DNA of 64,000 nt from Heterodontus francisci (GCF_036365525.1 NC_090383.1:10653384-10717383); one strand, 5' to 3'; numbered from the stretch's first letter, positions 39,268 to 52,559 are shown. Notes: generated by a model from the sequence alone, not told the origin. A program made the numbers and translations.

Positions 39268-39740
39268 CTGAAGGAGAAAAAAAAAAATGTCTGGTTGTCA
39301 TGCCAGTGCTTTGATTGCTTGAGCTGAGAATTGGTAGGTAGGTACACTGATGGTAGGTACAGTCACTTAGTAAAGTCAGGGCTGGGATTTGAAGTCACAA
39401 CCGTCTCAGAGACCAAGACTCTGCTGCAACAGCTGTCAGGGGTGATACGCATTAACAGTAATAGGGAATGATGGATCAATATTTTATAAACACAAGATGC
39501 CGAACCATAGTCGCAGCCAGAGCCGCAACTGACGGTTTTGCAAACCTGACGCTGCTTACTATTTTGGTCTCCTCAGGAATTTAATACTTTATAGCCATTG
39601 GGAAAGCGATGGAGAGAAAGCACCTCAGCTTTGTCCATTTTTTTTTCCAAAATATCAAATGATGCGAGCGCTGGGCACAAACCGCTTAACATTTCTGTTG
39701 GGGTTACTAAAGGAGATGAGTGCAGCTTCTCAGAGCCTAC

Positions 39741-39809
39741 CTTGGGATTTCTTGCATACTTTCCGGTTCTAGCATCCTTGACGTGGCTGATTTCCAGCAG
39801 GTCTGTCTC
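39741..39809 (-). CDS. PLCB1: Phospholipase C beta PH-domain exon (ETDLLEISHVKDARTGKYARNPK), most like PLCB1 exon 3
   Basis: 69 nt, phase 0/0, ttttgcccacag| acceptor and AAG|gtaggc donor. The peptide matches PLCB1 [23 protein letters not shown] (recalled from memory). An isolated exon in very long introns fits PLCB1; the paralog call is less certain than the family call. Confidence 0.85.
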
Positions 39810-40334
39810 CTGTGGGCAAAATGGCACACACAAAAAAAAATAGGAGTTAGAGAACAAAACAGATGAGCAAACCCATGCATAATGTATCCTTTACACAGAT
39901 TCACTACACACAGTGCAAGTCAGCTTGATAAGCCAAGGCACAGTATGTATAAATCTCCAATTCAGAAAGTTTACCACCTATATAAAATCACACAGCACAG
40001 TGAAAAATACATACTATGGAAATATGTCATTTCACTTTATAATCTGCACACTTTCACAGAATCCCAAGGAATCAGGCCATACAATGTTTATTTCTACATC
40101 CATTTATCTTTTATCATGTGAGAATACATTGCATGTATTGTCTCATTTTACTAAGTAACGCATCACTGCAACTAACAAAAGTTAACACAAAAATATGCCT
40201 AATCTTCAATACTCTGTGGCTATCATTGAGCGGGTTATCACATTAATAGCCCCACCACTACATTAAATGAATGAATTCTTGAATCCTCTCTCTCTCTCTC
40301 TCTCTCTCAATACTCGCGACTGCTCTGATACTGA

Positions 40335-41145
40335 GGCAAGACCTGGACAACATTCAGGCTTGGGCTGATAAGTGGCAAGAAATATTCACGCCACACAAGT
40401 TCGAGGTAATGACCATCTCTAACTAGAGAGAATCTAACCATCTCCCCTTGACATTCAATGGCATTACCATCGCTGAATCACCCACTATCAACATCCTGGG
40501 GGTTACCATTAACCAGAAACTCAACTGGACCAGCCATATAAATACAGTAGCCACAAGAGCAGGTCAGAGGCTGGGAATTCTGCGGTGAGTAACTCACCTC
40601 CTGACTCCCCAAAGCCTGTCCACCATCCACAAGGCACAGTCAGGAGTGTGATGGAATACTCTCCACTGGACTGGATGAGTGCAGCTCCAACAACACTCAG
40701 GAAGCTCAACACCATCCAGGACAAAGCAGTCCGCTTGATCAGCACCCCACCCACCACCTTAAACATTCACTCCCTCCACCATCGACGCTCAGTGGTAGCA
40801 GTGTGGACCATCTACAAGATGCATTGCAGCAACTCACCAAGCCTCCTTCGACAGCACCTTCCAAACCTGTGACCTCTACCACCTAAAAGAACAAGGGCAG
40901 CAGATGCATGAGAACATTACCATCTGCAAGTTCCCCTCCAAGTCACACTTGGAAATATATCGCCGTTCCTTCATTGTCGCTGGGTCAAAAACCTGGAACT
41001 CCCTTCCTAACAGCACTGTGGAAGTACTTTCACCACATAGAGTGCATCAGTTCAAGAAGGTGCCTCATGACCACCTTGTAAAGGGCAATTAGGAATGGAC
41101 AATAAATGCTGGCCTTGCCAGCGACGTTCACATCCCATGAATTAA
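40335..41145 (+). mobile_element. 3' part of the tRNA-headed LINE family
   Basis: VRSVMEYSPLDWMSAAPTTL...; tail gggcaattagg...aataaatgctggccttgccagcgacgttcacatccc. Confidence 0.88.
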
Positions 41146-41554
41146 TTTTTAAAAAGTGGTTCTTAAATTTTCTCTTTTTTTCCCCTAATTTTTCAGCTTC
41201 TTCGTCAGTCAGTTTTCTTTAACCTAAGTTTTGAATTCTGTGCGATTCTTTCATTTTCTAAAGCACCAAAAATATGATTGCCAAGATTCACTATGAGAAG
41301 AAGGCTCAATTGAATCTTAAAAATAACTCTTCTATAGTTATTATGCCTCTAAAAATATTTTTATGTATAGAGAATGTCAAGTGGGCACAGAGACATTAAA
41401 TTGCTTTTATCGTGATTTGGAAATAACTGTCTTAGGATAGCTCAGTATCCACTTTTGCTGCAGCAGCTGACAAGATTTGTCACAGAGCTAAAACAAAAGT
41501 CAGCAGTATGTGTATATGTTAAGGAAGGGCACGGGGATGGTAGTCTGAGTAAAA

Positions 41555-41945
41555 ACGACTTGCAATTATACGGAACCTTAAATGTAGCAAAGCCTACCAA
41601 GATGCTTCACAGGAACGTAATCAGACAAAATCTGATACCGAGCCACATTAAGAAACATTAGGACAGGTCACCAACAGCTTGGTCAAAGACGTAGGTTTTA
41701 AACAGCATCCTAACAAAGGAGAAGGAGCCAGGTAGAGAGGCAGAGAGGTTTAGAGAGTGAATTCCAGAGCTTAGGGCCTAGGCTGCTGAAGCCTTGATCG
41801 CCAATGGTGGAGTGAAGGGAATTAGGGAAACAAGATTTGGATGAAAACACTACTTGGAGGGTTGGAGCAGGTTACCGACATCGGGAGCAGTGAGGCCATG
41901 GAGGGAGTTGAACATGCATCAGCGAGCACAGGGGTGATGGGGGAG
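41555..41945 (-). mobile_element. L2 3' fragment
   Basis: cagcttggtcaaagacgtaggttttaa...ttccagagcttagggccta is the reverse complement of the L2 tail. Confidence 0.7.
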
Positions 41946-42339
41946 CCTCAGCAATGCCAGTGTAGAAGCACATTTCTGACACAGTGCTTGTTGTGGTCGC
42001 TAGACAACTACAGGCTTGAAGCCTGCACCCCAGACCAGCACTGGGCAAATCCCATGTTTGGGATTCTCTGGCATGACTCTGTCACATGCCCAAGATGTTA
42101 CCTCGAGCCAGAAACATAAGCGTGTTAACAGCATGCAGCGTCCATCACATGGGTCACAGGGGGTATTTTGGTCTATGTTCATTTTCCTATTTCCATTGCA
42201 GCTGCTCCAGGTTAGGGAGTTATAAGAACAGTATGCCAGTCTCAAGCTCCTGCACGATTTATAAATTAGCTCATGCTACACAAAACACTTTCTTTCCCTC
42301 CAACACTTTCGGAGGTGACATCTCATGCTGAAGTGTGAT

Positions 42340-42642
42340 TCGTTGGGCATGACAGCCGTGCTTCCTGTGCGGCGGCACTGCCGCCCGCCATTCGGCTAAT
42401 TGTGGCGGCGGCGTGATGAGGCCCTTAATTGGGCATTACTTGCCCAGTTAAGGGCCTCAATTGGTGGTGGGGTTGGAAGGCCACTCACACGCCTTCCCGC
42501 CCCGACTTAATTTTGGCAGAGACGGGAAGGTGGTGATGTTCCCCCCCACCCCCTCCAACACCCCATCCCCGCCACCATTCCAGCTGATTACGTGCTCTCC
42601 CCACCTCCAAACCTGCCGTGGGGGAGAGCATAAAATTCCCCC
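42340..42642. mobile_element. Partial Harbinger-like MITE
   Basis: Family palindrome gaggcccttaattgggca...tgcccagttaagggcctc and end cataaaattccccc. Confidence 0.6.
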
Positions 42643-42989
42643 ATAGGGTGGCGGTCACCATCCTTTGAAGTCATCAATATTCCCCCCAAATTAAAAAAAA
42701 CTCATTCAGTAGGTGTAAGCAAAATTATTCAAGATGAAAAGCTGAATGTGCCCTAGCAGCAAAATAACTGTCCCACATTGATGGAACTTATCGGAAACCT
42801 GTCTTCGTTTCAGTTTAAAAAAAAATAAATTAGAGGAATTATTTCAGAATTTACCCCAGTCATCTGTTTAACCTCTAACGCTCCAACTATTGTACTGACT
42901 TACAGCAGTGAGGCAAAAGGGGTGCGGAAGAGCAAAACATAGAAATTACAACTTAGATGCAAACCATTCCGCCCAATCAATCTGTGTTG

Positions 42990-43158
42990 ATCCGCAGGTC
43001 AGGCAGCATCTATGGAGAGAAAAACAGTTAACTTTTCAATTTGTGTGACGTTTGTTAACTCTGGTTTTTCTCTCCACAGATGCTGCCTAACCTGCTGAGT
43101 ATTTTCAGTGTTTGGGTGTTTCTTTCAGATTTCCAGTATCCGCTGTATTTTGCTTTTG
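42990..43158. mobile_element. Penelope-derived foldback insertion with TSD
   Basis: Inverted arms gcaggtcaggcagcatc...gttaac / gttaac...gatgctgcctaacctgc, flanked by direct repeat caatctgtgttg (42978-42989) / caatttgtgttg (43159-43170). Confidence 0.7.
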
Positions 43159-43269
43159 CAATTTGTGTTGGTGTTTAACTTCCATATAACCATAGTCCTA
43201 ATCCCACGTGCCCAGTGTTCCGTTTTCCCCCATTACCTTCAACCACCTATCCAAAGTCAAACGTTGGCA

Positions 43270-43745
43270 TGGTTACTGCCTCAATGACCAATTCCACTGA
43301 CATCCAATATTCCCCCAAAGTATAATCACTTTTTTTAAACAAATATGTACCACTTCAGACTTTTTTGTCCATTCCACTATCTTATTAAAATCCCCTTGCA
43401 GCTTCCTGGGGTCCTCAGAATTATTTACAAGTTTGGACACCACGCTCTCTAGCCCTGTATTCAAATCATCAATGTGCATGGACAATGACCTAAAGGAGTT
43501 CCGGATCAGAAAAGCTTTCCACTTCCAATCTCTCTCAACAAACTGCCCTTAACTCCTACTCTCCATCTACTCACTTCTATCCGCTTTCTAATCCAATTCA
43601 TTTCCCTTCGGTTTACTCCATACCCTTTGATCTTCTCCCGTAGCCTCCTGTGTGGTACATTTACCACATCCACATCTGTCACCTCCTCAAAGAACTCTGA
43701 TCAGGGTTGTCAAGCATGATCTTCCTTTCTGAAGTTTGCACAGGC
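43270..43745 (-). mobile_element. Old CR1 RT fragment
   Basis: IDDLNTGLESVVSKL...LQGDFNKIVEW remnants. Confidence 0.6.
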
Positions 43746-44177
43746 TGCTTGTAATTATTTTCCCTTCATCTAGATATTAAATATGCATTAAATATGCAGC
43801 TATGGCTCTGAACTTTAAATCAATGAACACATTCACCGGCAATGCATTAGTTCCAAGTTAAAAATAGCAGAGATGGCTTTGCTATACATTAAAAAAGCCT
43901 AAAACTGCCAGGGGCAGCAGAGCACTCAATTAAGTTCCGTCTAGCCTCGATTCAGATGGCTGGCATTTCACTCAACTTCACCATCTATTTCGTATTAAAA
44001 ATATCACATAATAAATAGTTTTGTGCTATTTGCGCTACACTTTGAAAAGCTCTTGCAACACCCTTTCCACCTCTACAGAGTCAGGGCCACAGCACAAAAG
44101 GATGTTCTTATTCCTCACACAGACAGCATCACAAACCATGCACAATATCCAGCTTAAAGCGAAACTTAACACATTCT

Positions 44178-44315
44178 ATCTGACGAAACGTAATGGGCCT
44201 TAAACATTAACTCTGTTTCTCTCTCCACAGCTGCTGCCTGACCAGCTGTGTTTTGCCTGTATTTTCTCTTTTTTTTAATTTCAGATTTCCAGCATCTGCA
44301 GTATTTCTGCTTTTA
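44178..44315 (+). mobile_element. Penelope-like pLTR fragment
   Basis: ctgacga...aaacattaactctgtttctctctccacag...tcagatttccagcatctgcagta. Confidence 0.65.
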
Positions 44316-45619
44316 CACCTTATATCATGCTCATTTGCTCCTCCATTGCATTGAAGCTCTGAACATGCTTGTGCTCCGCTTTATTTTGGAACAGTTACTT
44401 TTCATGTGGCTTTCCTGGATCCTAACTGGCATCAGAGGTGCAAACACTGTAAGAGCATGAAATGCTTCCAAAGCAAACACTTCTCTGCAAAAATGCACAG
44501 TGACTGAATTGGCTTCATAAATTATTGTGTGGGCACAGATGATCTATGGTATCCATAAGGTCACATGTAAATAGCTTAACATAGGCAGCAGCGCACGATG
44601 TACAACAGCTCATGTGGAGATCACACTGTGCATTAGATCAAGGAGTTACACTATGCTGAACGACTTCCTGGCATGGATGAAGCTTACTGACTTGCTGCTG
44701 CATAAAAAAAAAATGGGCCCCACCAGAGTTTCATGCCTGTCTGCTTTGTTACATTAAGTTGGAAATGAACTTTCTTATGACTATTGTGCTTACTTAACAA
44801 TACGAATAAAACATGTTTCTAATCACCCTTCATAATGGGTCATGTCGAGCATAAACACCGGCGTGGATCAGTTGGCCGAATGTCCTCTTTCTGTGTGGCA
44901 AAACCTTTGAAATTTCTTCTTCTTTTCTCCTGCTGCTCCCCCAGATCACAGCACTGATTTTCAGATATAGCAAAGCATTAAAAAGGAGGGGGACGATTGC
45001 CCCGATGACTGAGTGAAAGTCCGCATAACATGCTGTTGAGCTGTACAGACCAGGATGTTCCAGGTTCAATCTCTTGCCTGGGCTGGATTTGCTGGTTTCC
45101 CCTGAGGTGGTGCTGGGAGTCCTGCAATTGACCCAAATCTCTCTGAGCTAAGCTGAAGAAAACTCGGGTAAAATTAACTCTGGCCCCTGAGTTGGGTGAG
45201 GATTAGATCCAGTTTAGCTGTGATACTAACTATACTTGACAAGCCTGCCAGCACTCAATGGCTTGGTTGAAATATGAAGAGGGATCACTTCCACAAGGCA
45301 CTGGAGAATGGCCAGGGTAGAGGAGAGGAAAGGCAAAGAGAAAATTGTGGATCAAAAGGAAAAGAGGAGGAGACATATGAGCCATTCAGGAAATAATAGA
45401 AAATAATCATCAGGAAATAGTTCATTACAACAGGAATATGGTGGCTGATTATGGAGCAGAAGGAACAAGGCAAAGCAATACTTTGGGTCCTATATGCTAC
45501 ACAGTGTTGAGGCTGAATTTCTGAATAGAGTGGAACAAGTATATTGGGGGATTTAAAGACGAGGATGGAGAACCTGACATCAATTATTTCAGGGTGCAGG
45601 GAGTTAATGCAGATGGAAG

Positions 45620-47232
45620 AAGAGAGAGGTTAATCGACGTGAGGGACTAAAATCTGACAAGTCCCCGGGACCAGATGGCCTACACCCTAGGGTTCTAAAA
45701 GAGGTAGCTGCAGAGATAGTGGATGCGCTGACTCTGATTTTCCAGTATTCCTTAGATTCAGCAATGGTCCTGTCAGATTGGAAGTTGGCAAATGTTACAC
45801 CGCTTTTCAAGAAAGGAGGTAGAGAGAAAACAGGGAACTATAGGCCAGTTTGCCTATCATCACTTGTCGGGAAGATGCTGGAAACTATCATTAAAGAAGT
45901 CTTAACATTGCACTTGGAAAAGCATAGTATATTTAGAACAAGTCAGCATGGTTTTACTAAAGAGAGATCCCTTTTGACAGATTTATTAGAGTTTCTTGAG
46001 GATGTAACTAGTAGGGTAGATAAAGTAGATGTTGTATACCTGGATATTCAAAAGGCATTCGATAAGGTGCCACATAAAAGTTTAATAGGCAAGATAAGGG
46101 CTCATGGTGTTGGGGGTAATATATTAGCATGGATAGAGGATTGGTTAACAGACAGGAAGCAGAGAGTGAGCATAAATGGGGCATTTTCAAGTTGGCAGGC
46201 AGTGAATAGTTGGGTGCTGCAAGGATCAGTGCTGGGGCCTCAGCTATTTATACTCTGTATTAATGACTTGGATGAAATGACAGAGAGTAATGTATCTAAG
46301 TTTGCTGATGATACAAAGTTCAGTGGAAAGGTAAGCTGCAGGGAGGATGTAGAGAGGCTGCAAAGAGATATAGACAGGTTAAATGAGTGGGCAACAAGAT
46401 GGCAAATGGAGTATAATGTAGGGAAGTGTGAAGTTTTTCACTTTGGTCATAAAAATAGAAAAGCAGAATATTTTTAAAAGGTGTGAAACTGGTAAGCGTC
46501 GATGTTCGGGGAGACTTGGGGGTACTCGTACAAGGAACGCACAAAGTTAACATGCAGGTGCAGCAGGCTATTAGGAAGGCAAATGGCATGTTGGCCTTTA
46601 TTGCAAGGGAATTGGAGTACAGGAATAAACGTGTCTTACTAAAATTGTACAGGGCTTTGGTGAGACTGCACCTGGAATACTGTGTGTAGTTTTAGTCTCC
46701 ACATTTAAGAAAGGATATACTTGCACTGGAGGCAGTGCAGCGAAGATTTACTAAATTGGTCCCTGGGATGAGGGGGTTGTCCTATGATGACAGGCTGAGT
46801 ACATTGGGCCTATATTCTCTGGAGTTTAGAAGAATGAGAGGTGATCTAATTGAGACATACAAGATTCTGAAAGGGCTTGATAGGGTAGAAGCTGAGAGAT
46901 TGTTCCCGCTGGTCAGGGAATCTAGAACACGGGGACACAATCTCAGCTTAAAGGGCCAATTATTCAGGACTGAGATGAGGAGAAATTACTGCATACAAAA
47001 GGTTGTAAATCTTTGGAATTCTCTACCCCAGAGGGTTGGGGATGCGCCATCATTGAATACATTTAAGGCTGAGATAGAAAGATTTTGGGTCTCGCAGGGA
47101 ACAAAGGGATATGGGGAGCGGGCAGGAAAGTGGAATTGAAGCCCAAGATCAGTTGTGATCGTATTGAATAGTGGAGCAGGCTTGATGGACCATATGGTCT
47201 ACTTCTGCTCTTATTTCTTGTGTTCTTGTATG
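45620..47232 (+). mobile_element. CR1 LINE RT + 3' end, 5'-truncated
   Basis: KSPGPDG, NYRPV, KAFDKVPH, QGSVLGP and KFADDTK motifs; tail ttcttgtgttcttgtatg. Confidence 0.93.
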
Positions 47233-47439
47233 TGGGGAACTTCACCTAGGAGAGGTATTGGGCCTCACATGTGTGGGTTTGCGAAAGAACGGAAAGGGTA
47301 GTAATGGGGGAAGTACTTGAGGCAACAGCCCTGCACAGGATAATGGCATGGATAGTATTTGCGAAGCAGTATGAAAGAGGGAGGAGCAATGCTCCAGAGA
47401 TAGCAGACAGCAATCCCGACAATGGGCTGGGTGTGGGGG

Positions 47440-48105
47440 TCAGAGAACAGACCAAACTCAAAGTGTAGAAAGCCGTAGTCCTCACCACCCTGCTGTATGG
47501 TGCCGAGTCATGGGTCCTATACCACCGTCATGTACACCTTCTAGAGCACTTTCATCAGCGCTGCCTCCGAAGCATGCTCAAGATCCGCTGGCAGGACCGC
47601 ATCTCAAACATTGAAGCCCTGGAAACAGCCAAAATCACCAGCATCGAGGCCATCCTCCTGCAAAGCCAACTGCGTTTGGTGAGTCACATTGCCTGGATGG
47701 ATGACAGTTACCTGCCCAAGATCATGTTGTATGCAGAGCTGACCACTGGTAAAAGGAACAGAGGGGCTGCAGGTAAACATTTCAAGGACTCACTGAAGGA
47801 GTCCCTCTCTTGTGTGCCACCTCGATCATCGCCATTGCGAAGCACATGCCATACATTGTGATGCCTGGAGATGCTACATCGGGAGTGCTACAGCCACCTT
47901 TGAGACAGAGTGAAGAACCAGCATGAAAGAGAAAAGGGGGAGAAGGATAGATCCATTTTCCCCCAGCAGCGACTACACCTTCACTTGTACCTGCTGTGGG
48001 AGAACTTGCCAGTCGTGGATAGGCCTGACTAGCCACCAGCGGGCCTGTAACCGATGAGTGCAATCTTCCCAAAATCTTCGTCTGCAAAGAAATGCCAAAA
48101 CGAGG
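47440..48105 (+). mobile_element. RTE-clade LINE 3' fragment (second family)
   Basis: LLYGAESW, IRWQDRISN and LPKIMLYAEL motifs, with a terminal CxxC..H motif. Confidence 0.85.
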
Positions 48106-48709
48106 GGTTTGAAGTTCAACTCGGGGCTGAATAGAATGCCAAGGTTGTGCACCATTGGGTTCAGAACACAGTGGGCAGCCAAGGATGGGTTGGAGGCTGT
48201 GACACATTAGGTGCTGGCAGGAGACAAGAAAGATAGGAGCTGCACACTGGGGGTCCAAAGCACCTGCCTGTTTCAGGTGAAGGTCCATGCAATGTGGGAT
48301 CTGAGGACCTCAAACTACCAATTTAGGTTGGAATGGTCAGAGTGTGCATCGTTCTGACCATTTCCATGGGCAAAAGAACTAAAGAGGTTTAGCCAAGGTA
48401 AGTTGAATGCTTTTGTGGGACACAGAGAAGCAGGCCTCATCCCGGGCCAAATAATAACCTGGGTTATTGCCCTCCCGCCACATTTACCTTGAAGGCCCCC
48501 CCCCCTCCCTTTACTAGCCAACCTTAATATGCCAAACTGTATCGGGATGTTTGGTGCTCCACAGCTTGCCAGCCTGCTGTAAATGGAAGCGGTGTCTCAA
48601 AATCATGACCACCACTTTGCCACAGGGTACGGGTAATCTCACTGCACCTGATAGTCACAGTAGCGTTAAAATTGGACACCAGTGACTTTGGTTAAATGTA
48701 GTCATTACA

Positions 48710-48960
48710 TAGAAACAGGAGCCCCTTGAGCCTGTTCTGTTATTCAATGAGATCATGGCATATAACCATATTTGTCCCATATCCCTTAATACCTTTGGTT
48801 AACAAAGATCTATCACCCAGTTTTAAAATTAATTGATCTAGCATCAGAGTTCCAAACTCGTACACCCTTTGTGTGCAGAAATGTTTCCTAATTTCATTCC
48901 TGAAATGCCTGGCTCCAATATTTAGGCTGTGTCCCCTAGTCCTAGACTCCCCAACCAGCT
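48710..48960 (-). mobile_element. CR1 3' fragment
   Basis: Reverse complement of ggggagtctaggactaggggaca...aagggatatggg...ctcaaggggctcctg. Confidence 0.65.
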
Positions 48961-49213
48961 TGCTCTACACTCTCAGTTAAACTGCATTTACACAAATGTA
49001 CTGTGGATTATTAACATTAGCAGCTCAACAAATTCACATGATGTGTGATGTGATGCAAGAGAACATTTTATTCACTATTTCGTTGACATTTCAACAAATC
49101 CTAAAAGACTAAGCAATAAACCTGTAGGTCAGAAAATGACTGCTAGTGTTTGCTCAGAGTCTGGTTGTCACTGAGCTAATGGCTGGATTCTGTTTATGGC
49201 AGATAACATTTAC

Positions 49214-49294
49214 CTTTTCTGGTTTTGTCCATTGAACCAGATATTGGAAAGGTTCCAGAAGATTTTTAAGTGATGATGGGGCTTTTAATGGCTT
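49214..49294 (-). CDS. Candidate 81-nt exon resembling a diverged PLC-beta exon 2 (KPLKAPSSLKNLLEPFQYLVQWTKPEK)
   Basis: tttctttgttttgtcacatag| acceptor and AAG|gtaaat donor; open in phase 0; the C-terminal WTxxxK spacing matches PLCB exon 2. Confidence 0.45.
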
Positions 49295-49556
49295 CTATGT
49301 GACAAAACAAAGAAAGCTATTTCACATCACCATTTCCATCAATAATGCCAACTGCAGATGGTTAAATATTTCTGAAATGATGCAGTGCACGTGATCACTG
49401 GTAGCATGCTAACTAGTCATATATTGGTGAAGCAACACTCACTCATTCCTTCCAATGTGTTGGCAGATGGCAATGGGTAACACTGGTGAAATAGCAATAA
49501 AAATAGCACGACTGGAAATCCAACTCGCTCAGTTTTGAGTTGCAAAACGAAGAAAG

Positions 49557-49765
49557 AACTTGCATTTATAGAGCGCCTTTCACAACCTCAGGGTGTTCCA
49601 AAGCGCATTGCGGACAAAGTACTTCTGAAGCATGGCCACTGTTGTAATGAAGAGAAACATGACAGCCAACTTGCACACAGTAAGCTCCCGCAAACATCAG
49701 TGGAATAAATGACCAGATAACCTGTTTTAGTGCTGTTGGTAAGGGATCACTGTTCATCAGGATAA
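49557..49765 (-). mobile_element. DeuSINE 3' fragment
   Basis: acttgcatttatagagcgcctttcacaacctcagg...ttgcacacag...gaccagataa. Confidence 0.75.
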
Positions 49766-51504
49766 ACATCAAGATGTTAGTTAATAGAGACAAAGGCCTT
49801 CCCTGAAGGCTCGTACTATCACACGTATTGATGCTAGGTGCCTTCCAGAATCTTTTCCAAGTAGCCAGACAGAGTGTGGCAGGGTGGGGCAATGTAGCCA
49901 TTCTGGCCAATGGCTGACAGATTTTTTCCACTGCAGGTATGGTACACTAGTGCCAACTAGCGTGAGCTAACTCTTCATGCATTGGGATTGAATGTCTTTG
50001 GTCTGGTCTGTATAGCTGAGCTCCATAGAAAGCGGAGCAGTTATCAACTGAGCCCAACACTGCATCTTCTTTCACAACTTTAGAAACATCTGAACAAAAA
50101 TTTAGATGCAGTTTGCATCAAATATTTTATGCAATAGAAATATTAAAATTCAGCCTCGTTTCACTCACAAAGCTGAACATTGTACAGCAAGTGATAAATA
50201 ATCTGTAGAAAAGCCCTCATAGACTTTGGAGTCTAGAAATTGCAAGTATATTTCATATTTATATCAAGACACAAATATTGGTGGGCAAAATAAATAAATG
50301 AAAACTAAGCGTTCGTAATGAATAACTAAAGTATAAAAAGGTGTCTATATGATGCTCCACCAAATATTTTCAATCACATTAAAACTGAATCCAATTAACA
50401 TTGCACTCAAGCTGCATATTCTCTTGAAATGCTTTACACTGCTAAAAATGGGACTGCTGAATAGTTCAAGTGTGAAGAATAATTATGGCAGATTGCTGTT
50501 TATAACAAAATAATGGAATTAGAAGGCAGCTTAATTAACGGGGCACTTTTAGTGCATCATAAAGCAAGCATTTGTTGGCTGCTTTATAGGCACCTGCAAG
50601 AATACAGTGTGCAGAACAAAAAAAAAAGAGATCTTTCTAAATAATTATTGACTTGGAAAGCTTTGAACCTATTGCTGGTAGGCATGAACCTGCATGACAA
50701 TATCAAGCTGAATTTGGGCATGAATTTTTAAACTCTTGGAAATCAGCCACAAGACAGCTGGTGTGGCAAATGGAAAAAAGTCACGTTGTGCAGTCTGTTA
50801 TACTCCAGATAGCTAGGCAATGAATGATAGAATTGGAGCCAATCTTTACACACTTTCAGAAGGTTTTATTTACAGAGATACACATTACAAACATGCACCT
50901 CCTAACTCAACACCCAAATTTCAGTCTGTTCCTATTTATAGGAGCACAAATGAATCCCCAGACAATGCCCACCACCTGCATACAATTAAATATAATTAAT
51001 ATACAATTCACACAGTAACAGTTGTTCCTCAGAGAACAACTGGTACTGAATTACACTGTTGGATGCAGAATGGAGAGGTCCCAACAGTTTTACTATTGAT
51101 CTGACAGCACTTGATGCCCAAATAGAAATAACAATGTACAGAGTAGTCCATTCTCTAGCATCTCAATAGCGCAACCATTGCACATTAAAAGGGAGCAAAA
51201 ACCTCTGTGTTATACAAGATTGATGATATTGATAGCAACGCTCCCTACAACCAAACATTATTTTTCTGGCAAAGTGTGATTTCAGTGCAACACTAATCCC
51301 ACAACTTGCACTTTGTATAAGCGAGTGTGAGAAAGAATGTGAGAGCAAGTGAGATCTGTGTGTGTATGCGCGTTTGTGTGAGAAAGGGATGTATGTGTGT
51401 GCGAGTGTGTGCTTGTGTGTGTGAGTGTGTGCGTGGTTGGTGTAGGCCGTGAAAGTGAGTGAGGGGTGTGAGAGTGAGAGCATGAGAAAGGAGTGCATGT
51501 GCGT

Positions 51505-51997
51505 TTGTGTGAGGTGTGATGTATATGTGTGGGTGTTTGTGTGTATGAGTGAGGTGTGGTGTGTATGTGTGGGTATCTGTGTGTATTTGTGAGGTGTGGT
51601 GTGTATGTGTGGGTGTCTGTGTGTATTTGTGAGGTGTGGTGTGTATATGTGGGTGTCTGTGTGTATTTGTGAGGTGTGGTCTGTATGTGTGGGTATCTGT
51701 GTGTATTTGTGAGGTGTGGTGTGTATGTGTGGGTGTTTGTGTGTATTTGTGAGGTGTGGTGTGTATATGTGTGTATTTGTGAGGTGTGGTGTGTATGTGT
51801 TGGTGTTTGTGTGTATTTGTGAGGTGTGGTGTGTATATGTGTGTATTTGTGAGGTGTGGTGTGTATGTGTGGGTATCTGTGTGTATTTGTGAGGTGTGGT
51901 GTGTATGTGTGGGTGTCTGTGTGTATTTGTGAGGTGTGGTGTGTATATGTATGTATTTGTGAGGTGTGGTGTGTATGTGTTGGTGTTTGTGTGTATG
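51505..51997. repeat. GT-rich minisatellite with 40-bp and 30-bp unit variants
   Basis: Repeated gtgtatttgtgaggtgtggtgtgtatgtgt(gggtatctgt), preceded by a degenerate GT/GA tract from ~51320. Confidence 0.92.
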
Positions 51998-52559
51998 TGC
52001 AGGGGTTGACAGTCTAATGCTGAAGGTGCAGCAGTAACTTCAAGACTGAATTTTTGGAGTACAAGATCTTCAGCAGTTTCCACCTATGGATATGTCACTT
52101 TGAAGGCAGCTGGAATGAAGAAGCATGTCATGCCTGCTGAAGGTAGCGGATGGATGAGCCGTGCAGATTTGATTAGATGTGATGGAGTCCAGGACTCTGA
52201 CTGGCAGAGCACTAGGAGTGAAGTCTGGCCCTGTAAGCAGGAAAATCGTGGCTTTATTTTTAATGTTATTTATAATCCAATGACAATATAATGAACTTGC
52301 CATCTGTCTAACTTTAATTTAAATTTTACGCTGACGTGTTTATGAGAGATGGACGCATTGCCCTTGCCATGCCCTTAAAGGAGTGTTGCAGAAAGAAACG
52401 CAGCACTCGAGATCAAGTTCTACCCATGCTCCTTATTGGTTACAAGCCCATTTGCAGGGCAAAAACTGGCCATCTCCCATGCTATTTAAATAAAGTCTGC
52501 ATCTCTTAAAGGGGAGGTACACTGTGGCTGCTGGCAACATTTTCTAAGGGCAAAAATGG

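Noticed and set aside
39573-39857. 94-aa ORF as a standalone gene
   Set aside because: Only the 69 nt between the splice sites are PLC-like; the rest is intronic read-through.
51505-51997. CRISPR-like repeat array
   Set aside because: There are no unique spacers and the context is vertebrate; this is a simple tandem repeat.
51163-52083. 306-aa His/Thr-rich ORF
   Set aside because: It is a translation of the GT-rich minisatellite with no domain or splice context.
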